This document shows, piece after piece, positions 25,603 to 35,499 of a stretch of DNA of 35,594 nt. Within the stretch, counting starts at the first letter, position 1, and the number at the start of each line of letters is the position of its first letter. The stretch is from sequence record SRR31156797_2545. One strand, 5' to 3'. Below the pieces are notes generated by a model, which saw nothing but the letters and a program-made list of their open reading frames with translations, did no database searches and was not told the DNA's origin. A program made the position numbers and the translations under genes.

Positions 25603-26835
25603 TTATGCTTTATAGTATTTTAATTCTGGGCCTCTAACACCAATCCATCTTTGGATCGTTCCGTCAAGTTTACCAGCTTCTACTTCTTTTTGTGCGTGTC
25701 TAAAAATATCACTTAAGTTTGCAATATTGATATCTCTTCCACCTAGTCCATAAATAATGTTACTTAAAAGTGGTCTTGCACTTGTATTAAATAGTGCTGC
25801 CGCAACATCATTGTATAATAAACCAGTTTGCCCACCAGGAGCACTTCTATCCATACATACTACAGCTTTTGCGTTTTGTAATTTTTCGGCTAATGATTCA
25901 AGTTGAGTTGGTCTAAAAACTCTTGGCATTAATACACCAGCTTTGATCCCCTCTTCTCTCATCCTATCAGCAGCCACTTGCGCAGTTTGATATGTAGTAC
26001 CCATACATACGATAACAACTTCAGCGTCATCTAATTTATGAGTCTCTATCATATTATATTTTCTACCACTTACTTTTTCATATTCTGCAAATACTTCTTC
26101 GATAACTGAAACAGAGTCCATCATCGCTTTGTTTTGTTTTGCTTTATGCTCAAAGTGCCAATCTGACTCAGTTTGAACACCGTGAGTTACAGGCTTGTCA
26201 AAGTTAAGCATAGAGTTCATCTCTTTAAAATCACCTACAAAGTCATATGCTACATCATCTTGTAATGGTCTTACGTTTTGTGCTTTGTGTGAAGTTAAAA
26301 ATCCATCTTGGTTTACAATAACTGGAAGTCTTACATTATGGTTCTCACCAATTTTAAAAGCACAAAGTACTAAGTCATAAGACTCTTCAGGTGTACACGC
26401 ATCAATTGAGATCCAACCAGACTGGTTAGCAAGATACATATCAGAGTGGTCACCATTTACATTAAGTGGTGCTGCTAAAGCTCTATTAATCATACATAAA
26501 ACAATTGGTAATCTCATACCAGCTGCTTGATATAAAGTCTCAACCATCAATGCAAGACCTTGTGAAGAAGTTGCTGTTGCTGATCTAGCTCCAGCAGCTG
26601 CAGCTCCAATACATCCTGACATCGCCGCATGCTCAGACTCTGTCATGATCATTTCACCATCAACGTAACCATTAGCATGATGAGATGCATATGCTTCAAC
26701 TGTACCAGTTGAAGGAGTAATAGGATAAGCTGAAACTACATCAACACTTGCTTGTCTTAATGCATGAGAGTTGGCAACATTTCCGTCCCAAACTTCTACT
26801 TCATTTAATTCCATCTTTCTTTTATTTCTATACAT
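25603..26835 (-). CDS. porA: Pyruvate:ferredoxin/flavodoxin oxidoreductase alpha subunit
   Basis: AYPITPST, ESEHAAMS, TATSSQGL, NRALAAP, YGLGGRD. The ATG at 26835 is preferred over the track's GTG at 26847. Confidence 0.95.
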   Translation of the reverse strand: MYRNKRKMELNEVEVWDGNVANSHALRQASVDVVSAYPITPSTGTVEAYASHHANGYVDGEMIMTESEHAAMSGCIGAAAAGARSATATSSQGLALMVETLYQAAGMRLPIVLCMINRALAAPLNVNGDHSDMYLANQSGWISIDACTPEESYDLVLCAFKIGENHNVRLPVIVNQDGFLTSHKAQNVRPLQDDVAYDFVGDFKEMNSMLNFDKPVTHGVQTESDWHFEHKAKQNKAMMDSVSVIEEVFAEYEKVSGRKYNMIETHKLDDAEVVIVCMGTTYQTAQVAADRMREEGIKAGVLMPRVFRPTQLESLAEKLQNAKAVVCMDRSAPGGQTGLLYNDVAAALFNTSARPLLSNIIYGLGGRDINIANLSDIFRHAQKEVEAGKLDGTIQRWIGVRGPELKYYKA

Positions 26836-26839
26836 TGTA

Positions 26840-27298
26840 TTATTCACCTTTCTTTTGCTTCTCTGGCCACTGAGTCAGAGCATCTTCATTTTTAGTATTT
26901 TCATCAAACATGATAAGTGATTTAGGGTTTGTAGGACAAACTTCAGAACAGATCCCACACCCTTTACAGTGGTGATAATCGATTCCAACCATCTCTTTTT
27001 CTCTTGAAATAATAGAAGAATCTGGACAATATAACCAACAATTTTGACAGTCAATACAAAGATCAACATTCCAAACTGGTTTTACAACTCTCCAGTCTCC
27101 AACATATTTATTGATAGAGTTTGTTTCAGCATTTGCTCTATCTTCAGGGTGAACATCTACTACTGTATGATCGATATCACCTTCAAAAGAATAACATGCA
27201 GCTCCTAATACTAGATCATCCCAACCTTTATTCCAAATTGAATCTTCCCCAAAGTCACTTTTATATAATTTCTCTACAACTTCACTTTTATGTGCCAT
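26840..27298 (-). CDS. porD: Pyruvate oxidoreductase delta subunit (2x[4Fe-4S])
   Basis: VGDWRVVKPV, CIDCQNCWLYCP and CKGCGICSEVCP. Confidence 0.95.
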   Translation of the reverse strand: MAHKSEVVEKLYKSDFGEDSIWNKGWDDLVLGAACYSFEGDIDHTVVDVHPEDRANAETNSINKYVGDWRVVKPVWNVDLCIDCQNCWLYCPDSSIISREKEMVGIDYHHCKGCGICSEVCPTNPKSLIMFDENTKNEDALTQWPEKQKKGE

Positions 27299-27307
27299 CA
27301 GTTACTC

Positions 27308-27871
27308 CTATTGTACTTCATCGTATGCACGTTGGATAGCCAACATATTTGCATCGACAATTTTTTCTGGTAATTTACTAAGAACTTTTTTCATAGCTTC
27401 TTTAAAGTCATCAATTGGGTGCACTTGCGATATCTTCATAAATGCTCCAAGTACAGGTGTATTTGGAATTGGTCGTCCAATAGTCTCTTGTGCGATCTTT
27501 AGACAATCAACCACATATACGTTATCTTCTTTCCCATGTAATGCAGGAATTAAAGAAATCAATTCATCTTTTGGAAGGTGAGAAGTGATTATATATTTTG
27601 TTTTCTCAGTACAATCCTCTGTAATATTATCTGTATATGCTAACCCTGGATCTATAACAAATACAAAGTCTGGTACCATATATCTTTCGTGGTTTAATAA
27701 TTCGTTGTCATCTACTCTATTGTATGCAGTCATACCTGCACCCCTTTTCGCAGAACCATAAAATGAAAATGCTTGCACTTGCTTACCTGTCGCAGCCAAT
27801 ACTGATGCTAACCCCTTAGCTCCAGTAACCGCCCCTTGTCCAGCACGGCTGTGCCATCTTATTTCTAGCAT
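27308..27871 (-). CDS. porC: Pyruvate oxidoreductase gamma subunit
   Basis: EIRWHSRAGQGAVTGAK, FYGSAKRGA, IGRPIPNTPVLGA. Confidence 0.95.
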   Translation of the reverse strand: MLEIRWHSRAGQGAVTGAKGLASVLAATGKQVQAFSFYGSAKRGAGMTAYNRVDDNELLNHERYMVPDFVFVIDPGLAYTDNITEDCTEKTKYIITSHLPKDELISLIPALHGKEDNVYVVDCLKIAQETIGRPIPNTPVLGAFMKISQVHPIDDFKEAMKKVLSKLPEKIVDANMLAIQRAYDEVQ

Positions 27872-27953
27872 TTTAACTCCTATATTAAAATTAGTTTTAC
27901 AATGTTCACTAAACTGTGAGTATGAAATTTATTGTAAGCAAACGGAACTTAGA

Positions 27954-28613
27954 CTATGCTTTAGAAATAAGGCTTTTTATCAAATTAACAGCCCCTAAAG
28001 TATCTGAACAAACGTTCACTGTATATTTACATAGTTCCTCTTCTTTTCCGTATCCACATAAAACTGCTATAGAGCTTATATTTGCTTCATTTGCAGCAAT
28101 CAAATCAAGTTTTGTATCTCCTATCATAAATACATTTTTTGAAGGAGTTATTTTGAGTTTTTCACATGCTTTTATTATAGGTTCAGGATGAGGCTTTGGG
28201 TTATCTACATCTTGTCTTCCAATGACTGTATCAAAGTAGTGATCTAAGCCAAATTTTTCTAAAAGCTCTATTGTATATATTGTTGTTTTTGTAGTTACCA
28301 CTCCAAGTGTTGCGAAACTTTTTGCGACTTCTATAGATTTTTGTGCATTTTCTAAAAGAGAAGTTTGCTCACGTGCTATTTTTCGATAGTTTTTTTTGTA
28401 ACTATCCACAAAATCCCAAACTCTTTGCTTCGGTACTCCCAACTTATCAAACTTATAATCCAATGGATACCCAATGAGATCAATAATATCTTGCCTTGTT
28501 TTAGTAAATTCAAAGTTTTGATCTTCAAAAGCAAATAAAAAAGACTCCACTATCGCATCTGTGCTTTCTATTAAAGTTCCATCCATATCAAATAAAATTG
28601 TTATATTATTCAT
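27954..28613 (-). CDS. HAD-family hydrolase (phosphoglycolate phosphatase-like)
   Basis: ILFDMDGTL, VVTTKT, PKPHPEP, MIGDTKLD. Confidence 0.92.
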   Translation of the reverse strand: MNNITILFDMDGTLIESTDAIVESFLFAFEDQNFEFTKTRQDIIDLIGYPLDYKFDKLGVPKQRVWDFVDSYKKNYRKIAREQTSLLENAQKSIEVAKSFATLGVVTTKTTIYTIELLEKFGLDHYFDTVIGRQDVDNPKPHPEPIIKACEKLKITPSKNVFMIGDTKLDLIAANEANISSIAVLCGYGKEEELCKYTVNVCSDTLGAVNLIKSLISKA

Positions 28614-30111
28614 TGACTTTTATCCACTCCTCTTGATTATGCGTTATCCCTATAAATGCTGGCTTCACATTTTTTATATTTTTATTTACAGCAGTTAAAG
28701 TTTGTGGGACAAATAAAAATAAATACGGAACATCATCACTTATTAATTTATATATTCTCTTATAAATTTTACTATACTCTTTTGGGTCAACAGTTACTTC
28801 AGCTTTTTCAATTAGTCTATCTACTTCTGCATTTTTATATCCAACAAAATTAAAACCACCTTTACTATCACTTGTACTATGCCAAATTGATCTTGCATCT
28901 GGCATAAGTCCTAAACTCCATGCTAATATAACAGCATCAAAATTTCTTGGATAAAGTACTGTATTTAAAAAAGCTTGCCACTCCATCACTTGAATCTTTA
29001 CTACTACATCTATTTGTTGTAACTGATGTTGTATGATTTGAGCAACATAAGCTCCTGTTGAGCTTCCAGTACTTGTTGTAATAGTAAAAGTAAAAGGATT
29101 CTCTTTTGTATACCCAGCTTCTTGTAAAAGTTGTTTTGCTTTTTGTTGATTCTGTTTTGTGGGTTTTACATTTTCATTATAAGCTATGCTCCCTTTTAAA
29201 AAAGGCCCTGTACATACATCTGCATATCCAAAATATAAGATATCAGCCATTTGCTGTCTATCAATTCCTAAACTAATTGCTTCACGAATTTTTTTATCTT
29301 TGAATTTTACCCCTTTTAAGTTCAATCCCATATAAGAATACCCAAAGCTCTGTTTTTGAAAAATATTAAACTTCTCTTTAAATTCACTGTCAAGTTGCCG
29401 CTCTATTTGAAGAGGTTTAAGACTTCCAATATCAAGTTCAGACTGTTTTAACATATAAAATGAAGTAGTTTCATCTGGTACAAACTTATAAACAATCTTT
29501 TCAATATTTGGAACTTTTTTAAAATAATCTTTATTAACAGTGAGTTCAATATCTTTTGAGATTTTCAACTCTTTTAACATATATGGTCCAGTACCTATAG
29601 GCTTTTTATTAAATTCACTGGTCATTAAATCTTTTTCATTTTCTAAAAGATGTTTTGGAAGTATCCCTATCATCCAAATCTCCAATGCTTTAAAATAGGG
29701 TTCTTTATATTGTATCTTTAATCTATATTTATCTAAAATCTCTACTGATTTTACTTTTTTATAATTTGTAGTTCTTGGAGTATAGATCTTAGGATTCATA
29801 ATCATATTATAAGTAAATAAAACATCTTCAGATGTAAACTCTTTTTTATCATGCCATTTAACATTTTGTTTTAATTCGATGATTAATGTTGTATCATTAA
29901 TAAATTCATAGCTTTTAGCAAGATCAGGAATAATTTTTCCATCTTTGTCATAGCTGAATAATCCATTAAATATCCAATCAGCAATTTCGCCACTTGCTGC
30001 ATCAGTTGAAAGTATAGGGTTGATTCTGCTTGGATTCGTTGATAATGACAAGTTTAGACTTGCCCCTAGAGTAAAATTGAAAAATATAAGTAGTAAAAAT
30101 AAATGTTTCAT
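28606..30111 (-). CDS. Family 5 peptide ABC transporter substrate-binding protein
   Basis: IFNGL...IPDLAKS...VKWHD..FTSEDVLFT, PIGTGPY, IREAISLGIDR. Confidence 0.92.
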   Translation of the reverse strand: MKHLFLLLIFFNFTLGASLNLSLSTNPSRINPILSTDAASGEIADWIFNGLFSYDKDGKIIPDLAKSYEFINDTTLIIELKQNVKWHDKKEFTSEDVLFTYNMIMNPKIYTPRTTNYKKVKSVEILDKYRLKIQYKEPYFKALEIWMIGILPKHLLENEKDLMTSEFNKKPIGTGPYMLKELKISKDIELTVNKDYFKKVPNIEKIVYKFVPDETTSFYMLKQSELDIGSLKPLQIERQLDSEFKEKFNIFQKQSFGYSYMGLNLKGVKFKDKKIREAISLGIDRQQMADILYFGYADVCTGPFLKGSIAYNENVKPTKQNQQKAKQLLQEAGYTKENPFTFTITTSTGSSTGAYVAQIIQHQLQQIDVVVKIQVMEWQAFLNTVLYPRNFDAVILAWSLGLMPDARSIWHSTSDSKGGFNFVGYKNAEVDRLIEKAEVTVDPKEYSKIYKRIYKLISDDVPYLFLFVPQTLTAVNKNIKNVKPAFIGITHNQEEWIKVNE

Positions 30112-30125
30112 GTGTGATTGTACAT

Positions 30126-30160
30126 AAAAAAAGCCAAAAAGAAAATTCTTTTTGGCTTTT
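30126..30160 (-). terminator. Rho-independent terminator after rpsI
   Basis: AAAAGCCAAAAAGAA-aa-TTCTTTTTGGCTTTT with a T7 tract on the minus strand. Confidence 0.85.
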
Positions 30161-30185
30161 GTAAAAAATCGGATAAATTGACCGA

Positions 30186-30575
30186 TTATCTTTTCGAGAA
30201 CTGTGGGCTTCTTCTTGCTTTTCTTCTTCCTGGTTTCTTTCTTTCAACAGATCTTGAATCTCTTGTAAGAAGTCCGTAAGGTTTAAGAATAGTTCTAAAT
30301 TGCTCATCATAAGCAACTAATGCTCTAGAAACTCCGTGTCTTAAAGCATCAGCTTGTGCAGAATATCCACCACCAAGTGTTTGAGCTACGATATTTACAG
30401 ACTCTAATTGTTTAGATACTTCTAATGGTTGTCTTACTCTTTTTTTAAGAGCTTCATGACCACCAAGCCATGTATCTAAAGGTTGTCCATTTACTGTAAT
30501 GTTCCCTTGACCAACTTCAAGCCAAACTTTCGCTACTGCTGTTTTTCTTCTTCCTGTTGCATATACTTTTGCCAT
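30186..30575 (-). CDS. rpsI: 30S ribosomal protein S9
   Basis: [54 protein letters not shown]. Confidence 0.99.
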   Translation of the reverse strand: MAKVYATGRRKTAVAKVWLEVGQGNITVNGQPLDTWLGGHEALKKRVRQPLEVSKQLESVNIVAQTLGGGYSAQADALRHGVSRALVAYDEQFRTILKPYGLLTRDSRSVERKKPGRRKARRSPQFSKR

Positions 30576-30578
30576 CTA

Positions 30579-30998
30579 TTATCCTTGTACCTGTGCTGTA
30601 TGTGGGTGCTCATTTCCTGCATACACTTTTAAGTTTTTAAGTATTTTTGCCCCAAGTTTAGTTTTTGGTAGCATACCTCTTGTAGCTAATTTATAAAGCT
30701 TTTCTGGGTTGTTAACTAACATGTCAGACATTTTGTGAGTTTTTGTACTACCAAAATATCCTGAGTGAGTATAATAGTTTTTATCTTCCATTTTTGCACC
30801 AGTGAATTTTGCTTTACTTGCATTGATCACAACAACATAATCTCCACAATCAACATTTGGTGTAAATGTAGGTTTGTGTTTTCCTCTTAGTTTTGAAGCA
30901 ACTTCTGTTATAATTCTACCGAAAATTTTTCCTTCAGCATCAATTACAATCCAGTCTTTTTTTACTTCAGCACTTGTTAAACTTTTAGTAAATTTCAT
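30579..30998 (-). CDS. rplM: 50S ribosomal protein L13
   Basis: WIVIDAEG...LRGKHKPTFTPNVDCGDYVVVINA, RGMLPK, LKVYAG.EHPH.AQ; true start is the ATG at 30998 (MKFTK). Confidence 0.98.
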   Translation of the reverse strand: MKFTKSLTSAEVKKDWIVIDAEGKIFGRIITEVASKLRGKHKPTFTPNVDCGDYVVVINASKAKFTGAKMEDKNYYTHSGYFGSTKTHKMSDMLVNNPEKLYKLATRGMLPKTKLGAKILKNLKVYAGNEHPHTAQVQG

Positions 30999-31138
30999 CT
31001 TGTACTGTTCCCTTTTTTGAATTAAGTGTGGAATAGTACGCAAATTAACCTTATATATAACTTAAATTAAGTGTATTTAAAGTTTTTAGGAAAAGAAAAA
31101 ATAATATGTTATTCAGTTGATATACTTTATAATATTGC

Positions 31139-32317
31139 ATGATTGATAAAGAATTTCTTAAAACTCTTACTATTTTATATGTTGAAGATGATCTTACTAT
31201 TCAAAAATCACTGAGTATTATTTTATCCAAGATCTTTGGAAAAGTGTTTATTTGTAATAATGGAATAGAGGCTTTAGAAAAATATAAAGCCAACCAAGAT
31301 ACGATTGATGCAGTGGTAAGTGATATCAATATGCCTCAAATGAATGGTATAGAGATGACAAGGTCAATTAGAGAACTTAATCCAGATATTCCAATTCTTT
31401 TTACAACAGCTCATGGGGAAGCCCACTACCTTATGGATGCAATAAAATTAAAAGTTTCCCACTATGCTTTAAAACCAATTGATACTACTGAACTTTTAAA
31501 AACTATCAGTGAGCTTTGTATACAAGAGCATAATAAAAAACTACTTATTAAAAAATCTCAAGAGATCTCTGAGTATACAAGTATTATAGATCAACTTGCT
31601 TTACTTATTCATACAGATGTAAATGGAAACATAGTTTTTGCCAATGAGTTTGCACAAGAGATCTCACACTATGAAAAAGAGGAGATCAAAGGTCTTCATA
31701 TCTCACAACTTTTTCATAAAGACACTCTTTTAACTAGTTTAGAATCTATGCAACAAATTGCCATTGATAATGGTTCATTCAAAAAGAAACTCAAGTTTAT
31801 TTCAAAAAATGATGATATCTTTTATCTCAATCTTACGATCATTCCTGAATATAATGACTCAAACAATAAACTAGAACAATTTGTGTATATTGGTTTTGAT
31901 CAAACAAACCAAGAATTAGAAAAGCAACAAACCATGCAACGACTTCGAAAAAACATGGTAGAACAAAGAACAAAAGAGAGTGAACTACAAAAAACTATCA
32001 CAAAACTTCAAGATGAGATAAAAACTATCCAAAGAAATAGTTTTAATGATACAGATGCTAAGATCCTTATGGATAAACTCTCTAAAGAGAAAGCAAAAAG
32101 TGCAAAACTTTCAAATCAAGTGACCCACTATGAACAACAAATCTGGATCATGGAAAAAGAGAAGGAGAAACTTGCAACAAATATTCAAAAAGAGCCTAAA
32201 AAAGAGAAAACTGAGCAAAAAAATAAAGAGTTACAAAAACTTCAAGCAAAAGTGATAGAACAACAATCTCAAATCACTCGATTAGAAAATAAAATAAAAA
32301 ACAAAAAATATGTATAG
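31139..32317 (+). CDS. Response regulator: receiver, PAS domain, long coiled coil
   Basis: ILYVEDD, SDINMPQMNG, FTTAH, LKP; TDVNGNIVFAN PAS; heptad-rich K/E/Q tail. Confidence 0.88.
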   Translation: MIDKEFLKTLTILYVEDDLTIQKSLSIILSKIFGKVFICNNGIEALEKYKANQDTIDAVVSDINMPQMNGIEMTRSIRELNPDIPILFTTAHGEAHYLMDAIKLKVSHYALKPIDTTELLKTISELCIQEHNKKLLIKKSQEISEYTSIIDQLALLIHTDVNGNIVFANEFAQEISHYEKEEIKGLHISQLFHKDTLLTSLESMQQIAIDNGSFKKKLKFISKNDDIFYLNLTIIPEYNDSNNKLEQFVYIGFDQTNQELEKQQTMQRLRKNMVEQRTKESELQKTITKLQDEIKTIQRNSFNDTDAKILMDKLSKEKAKSAKLSNQVTHYEQQIWIMEKEKEKLATNIQKEPKKEKTEQKNKELQKLQAKVIEQQSQITRLENKIKNKKYV

Positions 32318-33425
32318 CTTTTATGAAAAAGAGTTAGAAGCCCTTAAAAAAGTTGGAAGATTACGAAAAAGGCAAATCTTCGATAAAGATATCATCGACT
32401 TTGCTTCCAATGATTATTTAGGACTAGGATCAAATAAAAAAGCTTTGCAAAAAGCCTATAAACACCTCTACAACTTTAAAGAGCACTCTCCCAAAGCATC
32501 TCTTCTTGTCAATGGATACCATTCTATCCATAAAAAGTTTGAAGATAAGCTTTCAAAAATAAATGGCTTTGAAAATGGTATTGTAGTAGGAAGTGGGTTT
32601 TTAGCAAATCTTGCACTTATTGAAAGTTTAGTTCGCAAAAAAGATATCCTATTTATCGATGAAGAGTATCATGCAAGTGGTATTGTTTCTACAAAACTTT
32701 TACCTACTCAAAACGTAGTGTTTTTTAAACACAATGATTTTATAGACTTAGAAGAAAAGATCAAACAAACTAAAAACTATGATCGGCTTATAATAGCTAT
32801 TGAGGGGATATACTCTATGGGCGGGGATCTAGCACATAAAGAGTTTTATGATGTTGCCAATAAATATAATGCACTTTTAATTGTAGATGAAGCCCATAGT
32901 AGTGGTGTGATTGGAAAGAATCTTTTAGGGTGGTATGATCATTTTAATCTTCCAATAAAACAAAATCATATAAAGATGGGAACTCTTGGAAAAGCGTATG
33001 GAAGCTATGGAGCCTATATATTAGCCTCAAAACATATAATAGAGTATTTACAAAATAGAGCAAAATCTATTATCTATACTACTGCCCCCTCTTTATTTGA
33101 TATAGCATTAGCCTATGAAAACTTTAAAATTATCCAAAGAAGAAAAGTAAAACTAAAAAAAAGAATACTCAAAAGACAAGCAATTATAGAGAAATATTTA
33201 GGAATAAAAAGTGAATCTTTGATCATTCCAATTGAGATCAATGATAATAAAAAAGTGATAGAGATACAAGAGATATTGCTCAAAAATGGTTACTTAGTTG
33301 GAGCCATTAGACAGCCAACTGTGAAAAAAGCGATTATTCGACTGATCTTACGAACAAACAATAAAAACAGCGATCTTAAAACTGTTTTAGATCTTATCAA
33401 GGAGCAAATATCATGGCAAAAATAG
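32310..33425 (+). CDS. bioF: 8-amino-7-oxononanoate synthase (class II PLP aminotransferase)
   Basis: DFASNDYLGL, SGFLANL, EGIYSMGGD, VDEAHSSG, GTLGKAYG, AIRQPTV. Confidence 0.88.
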   Translation: MYSFYEKELEALKKVGRLRKRQIFDKDIIDFASNDYLGLGSNKKALQKAYKHLYNFKEHSPKASLLVNGYHSIHKKFEDKLSKINGFENGIVVGSGFLANLALIESLVRKKDILFIDEEYHASGIVSTKLLPTQNVVFFKHNDFIDLEEKIKQTKNYDRLIIAIEGIYSMGGDLAHKEFYDVANKYNALLIVDEAHSSGVIGKNLLGWYDHFNLPIKQNHIKMGTLGKAYGSYGAYILASKHIIEYLQNRAKSIIYTTAPSLFDIALAYENFKIIQRRKVKLKKRILKRQAIIEKYLGIKSESLIIPIEINDNKKVIEIQEILLKNGYLVGAIRQPTVKKAIIRLILRTNNKNSDLKTVLDLIKEQISWQK

Positions 33426-34324
33426 CGAAAAACATCAGTGATCTAGTAGGGAATACTCCCATTATCCAACTTAATAATATCGATTCAAATATTTATGGAA
33501 AATGTGAATTTATGAATCCTACAAGTTCAGTAAAAGATAGAATCGGAATGAATATGATTCAAAAATCTCTTGAAGATGGAACTATTACAAATCTAAGTCA
33601 TATTATAGAGCCAACAAGTGGAAATACTGGAGTTGCCTTAGCATCTCAGTGTGCAGCTTTAGGAATTAAACTTACTCTAACAATGCCAGAGTCTATGAGT
33701 ATCGAAAGACGAAAACTAATGGGTATCTTTGGTGCAAATATTGTACTCACTCCAGCTGAACTTGGAATGAAAGGAGCAATTGATAAAGCAAATGAACTAG
33801 CTACGATTGATCCTTTAGGTATCATCTTACAACAATTTGAAAACCCTTACAATCCTGCTATCCATGAAGTAACTACGGCAATTGAGATATTAAAAGATAT
33901 GGATAATGAGATCGATATATTTGTAGCTGCTGTTGGAACAGGTGGAACCATCAGTGGGACAGGGAAAGTATTAAAAGAGAAACTTCCAAATATAAAAATC
34001 ATCGCAGTAGAACCTGAATCGAGTCCCATTTTAAGTGGTGGTACTCCCTCTCCCCATAAAATTCAAGGGATTGGTGCAGGATTTGTACCAAAAACTTTAA
34101 ATACTTCTATCTATGATGAAGTGATCACTGTTTCAAATATTGATGCTATCAATACAGCAAAACTGTTAGCACAAAGAGAAGGCTTACTTGTAGGAATCAG
34201 TGCAGGTGCAAATGTATGGGCAAGTCATTATCTAGCAAAAAAAGAGGAATATAAAAATAAAAAGATTGTTACCATTCTTTGTGATACGGGAGAAAGATAT
34301 ATCAGTACAGAACTTTTTGAATAA
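33413..34324 (+). CDS. cysK: Cysteine synthase A
   Basis: VGNTP, NPTSSVKDRIG, EPTSGNTG, VGTGGTISG, PHKIQGIGAGF, DTGERY. Confidence 0.95.
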   Translation: MAKIAKNISDLVGNTPIIQLNNIDSNIYGKCEFMNPTSSVKDRIGMNMIQKSLEDGTITNLSHIIEPTSGNTGVALASQCAALGIKLTLTMPESMSIERRKLMGIFGANIVLTPAELGMKGAIDKANELATIDPLGIILQQFENPYNPAIHEVTTAIEILKDMDNEIDIFVAAVGTGGTISGTGKVLKEKLPNIKIIAVEPESSPILSGGTPSPHKIQGIGAGFVPKTLNTSIYDEVITVSNIDAINTAKLLAQREGLLVGISAGANVWASHYLAKKEEYKNKKIVTILCDTGERYISTELFE

Positions 34325-34380
34325 CTCTAATATAAGATTGACTATAATTAAATAATCTTAACTAAAGGAGTATCAAAATC

Positions 34381-35451
34381 ATGAAACGATTTGTCAAACT
34401 TTTAAGTGTAGTTTCTATTCTTACACTTTTATCAACCCCATTATTTGCTGCAAAAAAAGTAAAATGGAACCTTGCTATGACATGGCCAAAAACTTTAGCA
34501 CCACTGGTTACACCACCTCAACAATTAGCTGAGATGGTAAAAGAGATGAGTGGTGGAAACTTTATCATTAAAGTAGATGGGAAAGGGAAACACAAAGCAG
34601 CCCTTGGTATCTTAAATCTAGTAAAAAATAGACAATATGAGATGGGACATACCTCATCATATTATTATAAAGGTTTAGCGATGGGAACAGCTCTTATCAC
34701 TACTACTCCTTTTGGTATGACAAGTACTGAGCAATACTCTTGGTACTATTATGGTGGTGGTGAAGAATTGACAAAAAAACTGTATGATAAGTTTGGAGTA
34801 TCATGTTATCCAGGAGGAAACACAGGAGTTCAAATGGGTGGATGGTTTAGAAAAGAGATCAAATCACTCGAAGATCTTAAGGGACTTAAGATGAGAATTC
34901 CTGGGATGGCTGGAGAAGTATTTGCGAAACTTGGAGTAAATGTAACAAATATCCCTGCAGGTGAACTTTACACTGCACTAGATCGTGGAACTATTGATGC
35001 ACTTGAATGGGTAGGTCCAGGAATGGATGTAAAAATGGGATTTCATAAAGTTGCACCTTACTACTACACAGGGTGGCATGAGCCAGCTTCAGAAATGCAC
35101 TTTTTCGTAAATCAAAAAGCATACAGTAAGCTTCCAAAAGAATATCAATCTATTTTAACTACAGCAATAAAAGCAGTTACAGCAAATATGATGTATGAAA
35201 ATTTTGATATGAATGCCAATGCATGGGAGAGTATCAAAAAAGAGTATCCAAATATCAAAGTAAAAACTTTTCCAAAAGAAGTTTTACAAGCTATGAAAAA
35301 GTCAACCGATGAAGTGATGAACACTTATGCTTCAAAAGATGCACTTTTTAAAGAGATATATGAATCTCAACAAAACTACATGCAAAAAGCAAGACCTTGG
35401 ACAAAGATCTCAGAGTATGATTATATCACTACTTCCCAAACTGTAAAATAG
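34381..35451 (+). CDS. dctP: TRAP transporter substrate-binding protein (DctP/TakP family)
   Basis: GNTGVQMGGWFRKEI, KGLKMRIPG, ELYTALDRGTIDALEWVGP, YYTGWHEP. Confidence 0.9.
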   Translation: MKRFVKLLSVVSILTLLSTPLFAAKKVKWNLAMTWPKTLAPLVTPPQQLAEMVKEMSGGNFIIKVDGKGKHKAALGILNLVKNRQYEMGHTSSYYYKGLAMGTALITTTPFGMTSTEQYSWYYYGGGEELTKKLYDKFGVSCYPGGNTGVQMGGWFRKEIKSLEDLKGLKMRIPGMAGEVFAKLGVNVTNIPAGELYTALDRGTIDALEWVGPGMDVKMGFHKVAPYYYTGWHEPASEMHFFVNQKAYSKLPKEYQSILTTAIKAVTANMMYENFDMNANAWESIKKEYPNIKVKTFPKEVLQAMKKSTDEVMNTYASKDALFKEIYESQQNYMQKARPWTKISEYDYITTSQTVK

Positions 35452-35457
35452 TTTTTT

Positions 35458-35486
35458 AAAAGTGGTTGCCTAGTCTGGGCAACCAC
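35458..35486. terminator. Terminator hairpin between dctP and a convergent transcript
   Basis: GTGGTTGCCTA-gtc-TGGGCAACCAC stem; T4 follows on the minus strand and a pyrimidine run on the plus strand. Confidence 0.75.
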
Positions 35487-35499
35487 CCTCTTCTTCAAA

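Noticed and set aside
2413-30998. Odd residues at positions I recall as conserved (MnmG QKQKIHS, PorA SHKAQ, DUF523 QVNDG, HAD DYKF, L13 AKILK)
   Set aside because: Each is explicable by a single-base change and may be natural variation or consensus error. There is no consistent codon pattern implying recoding, and it cannot be judged without reads or alignments.
31020-31074. AATTAAGTGT occurring twice, 45 bp apart, upstream of rplM
   Set aside because: Short AT-rich match that overlaps ordinary TTAAGT promoter-like elements; not enough to call a site.
505-34029. Other short track ORFs (e.g. 505-738, 2235-2495, 10936-11283, 11488-11916, 13220-13717, 17041-17295, 26875-27069, 30002-30316, 33847-34029)
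   Set aside because: They lie antisense to or out of frame within well-supported genes, or cross a terminator, and have no recognisable motifs.
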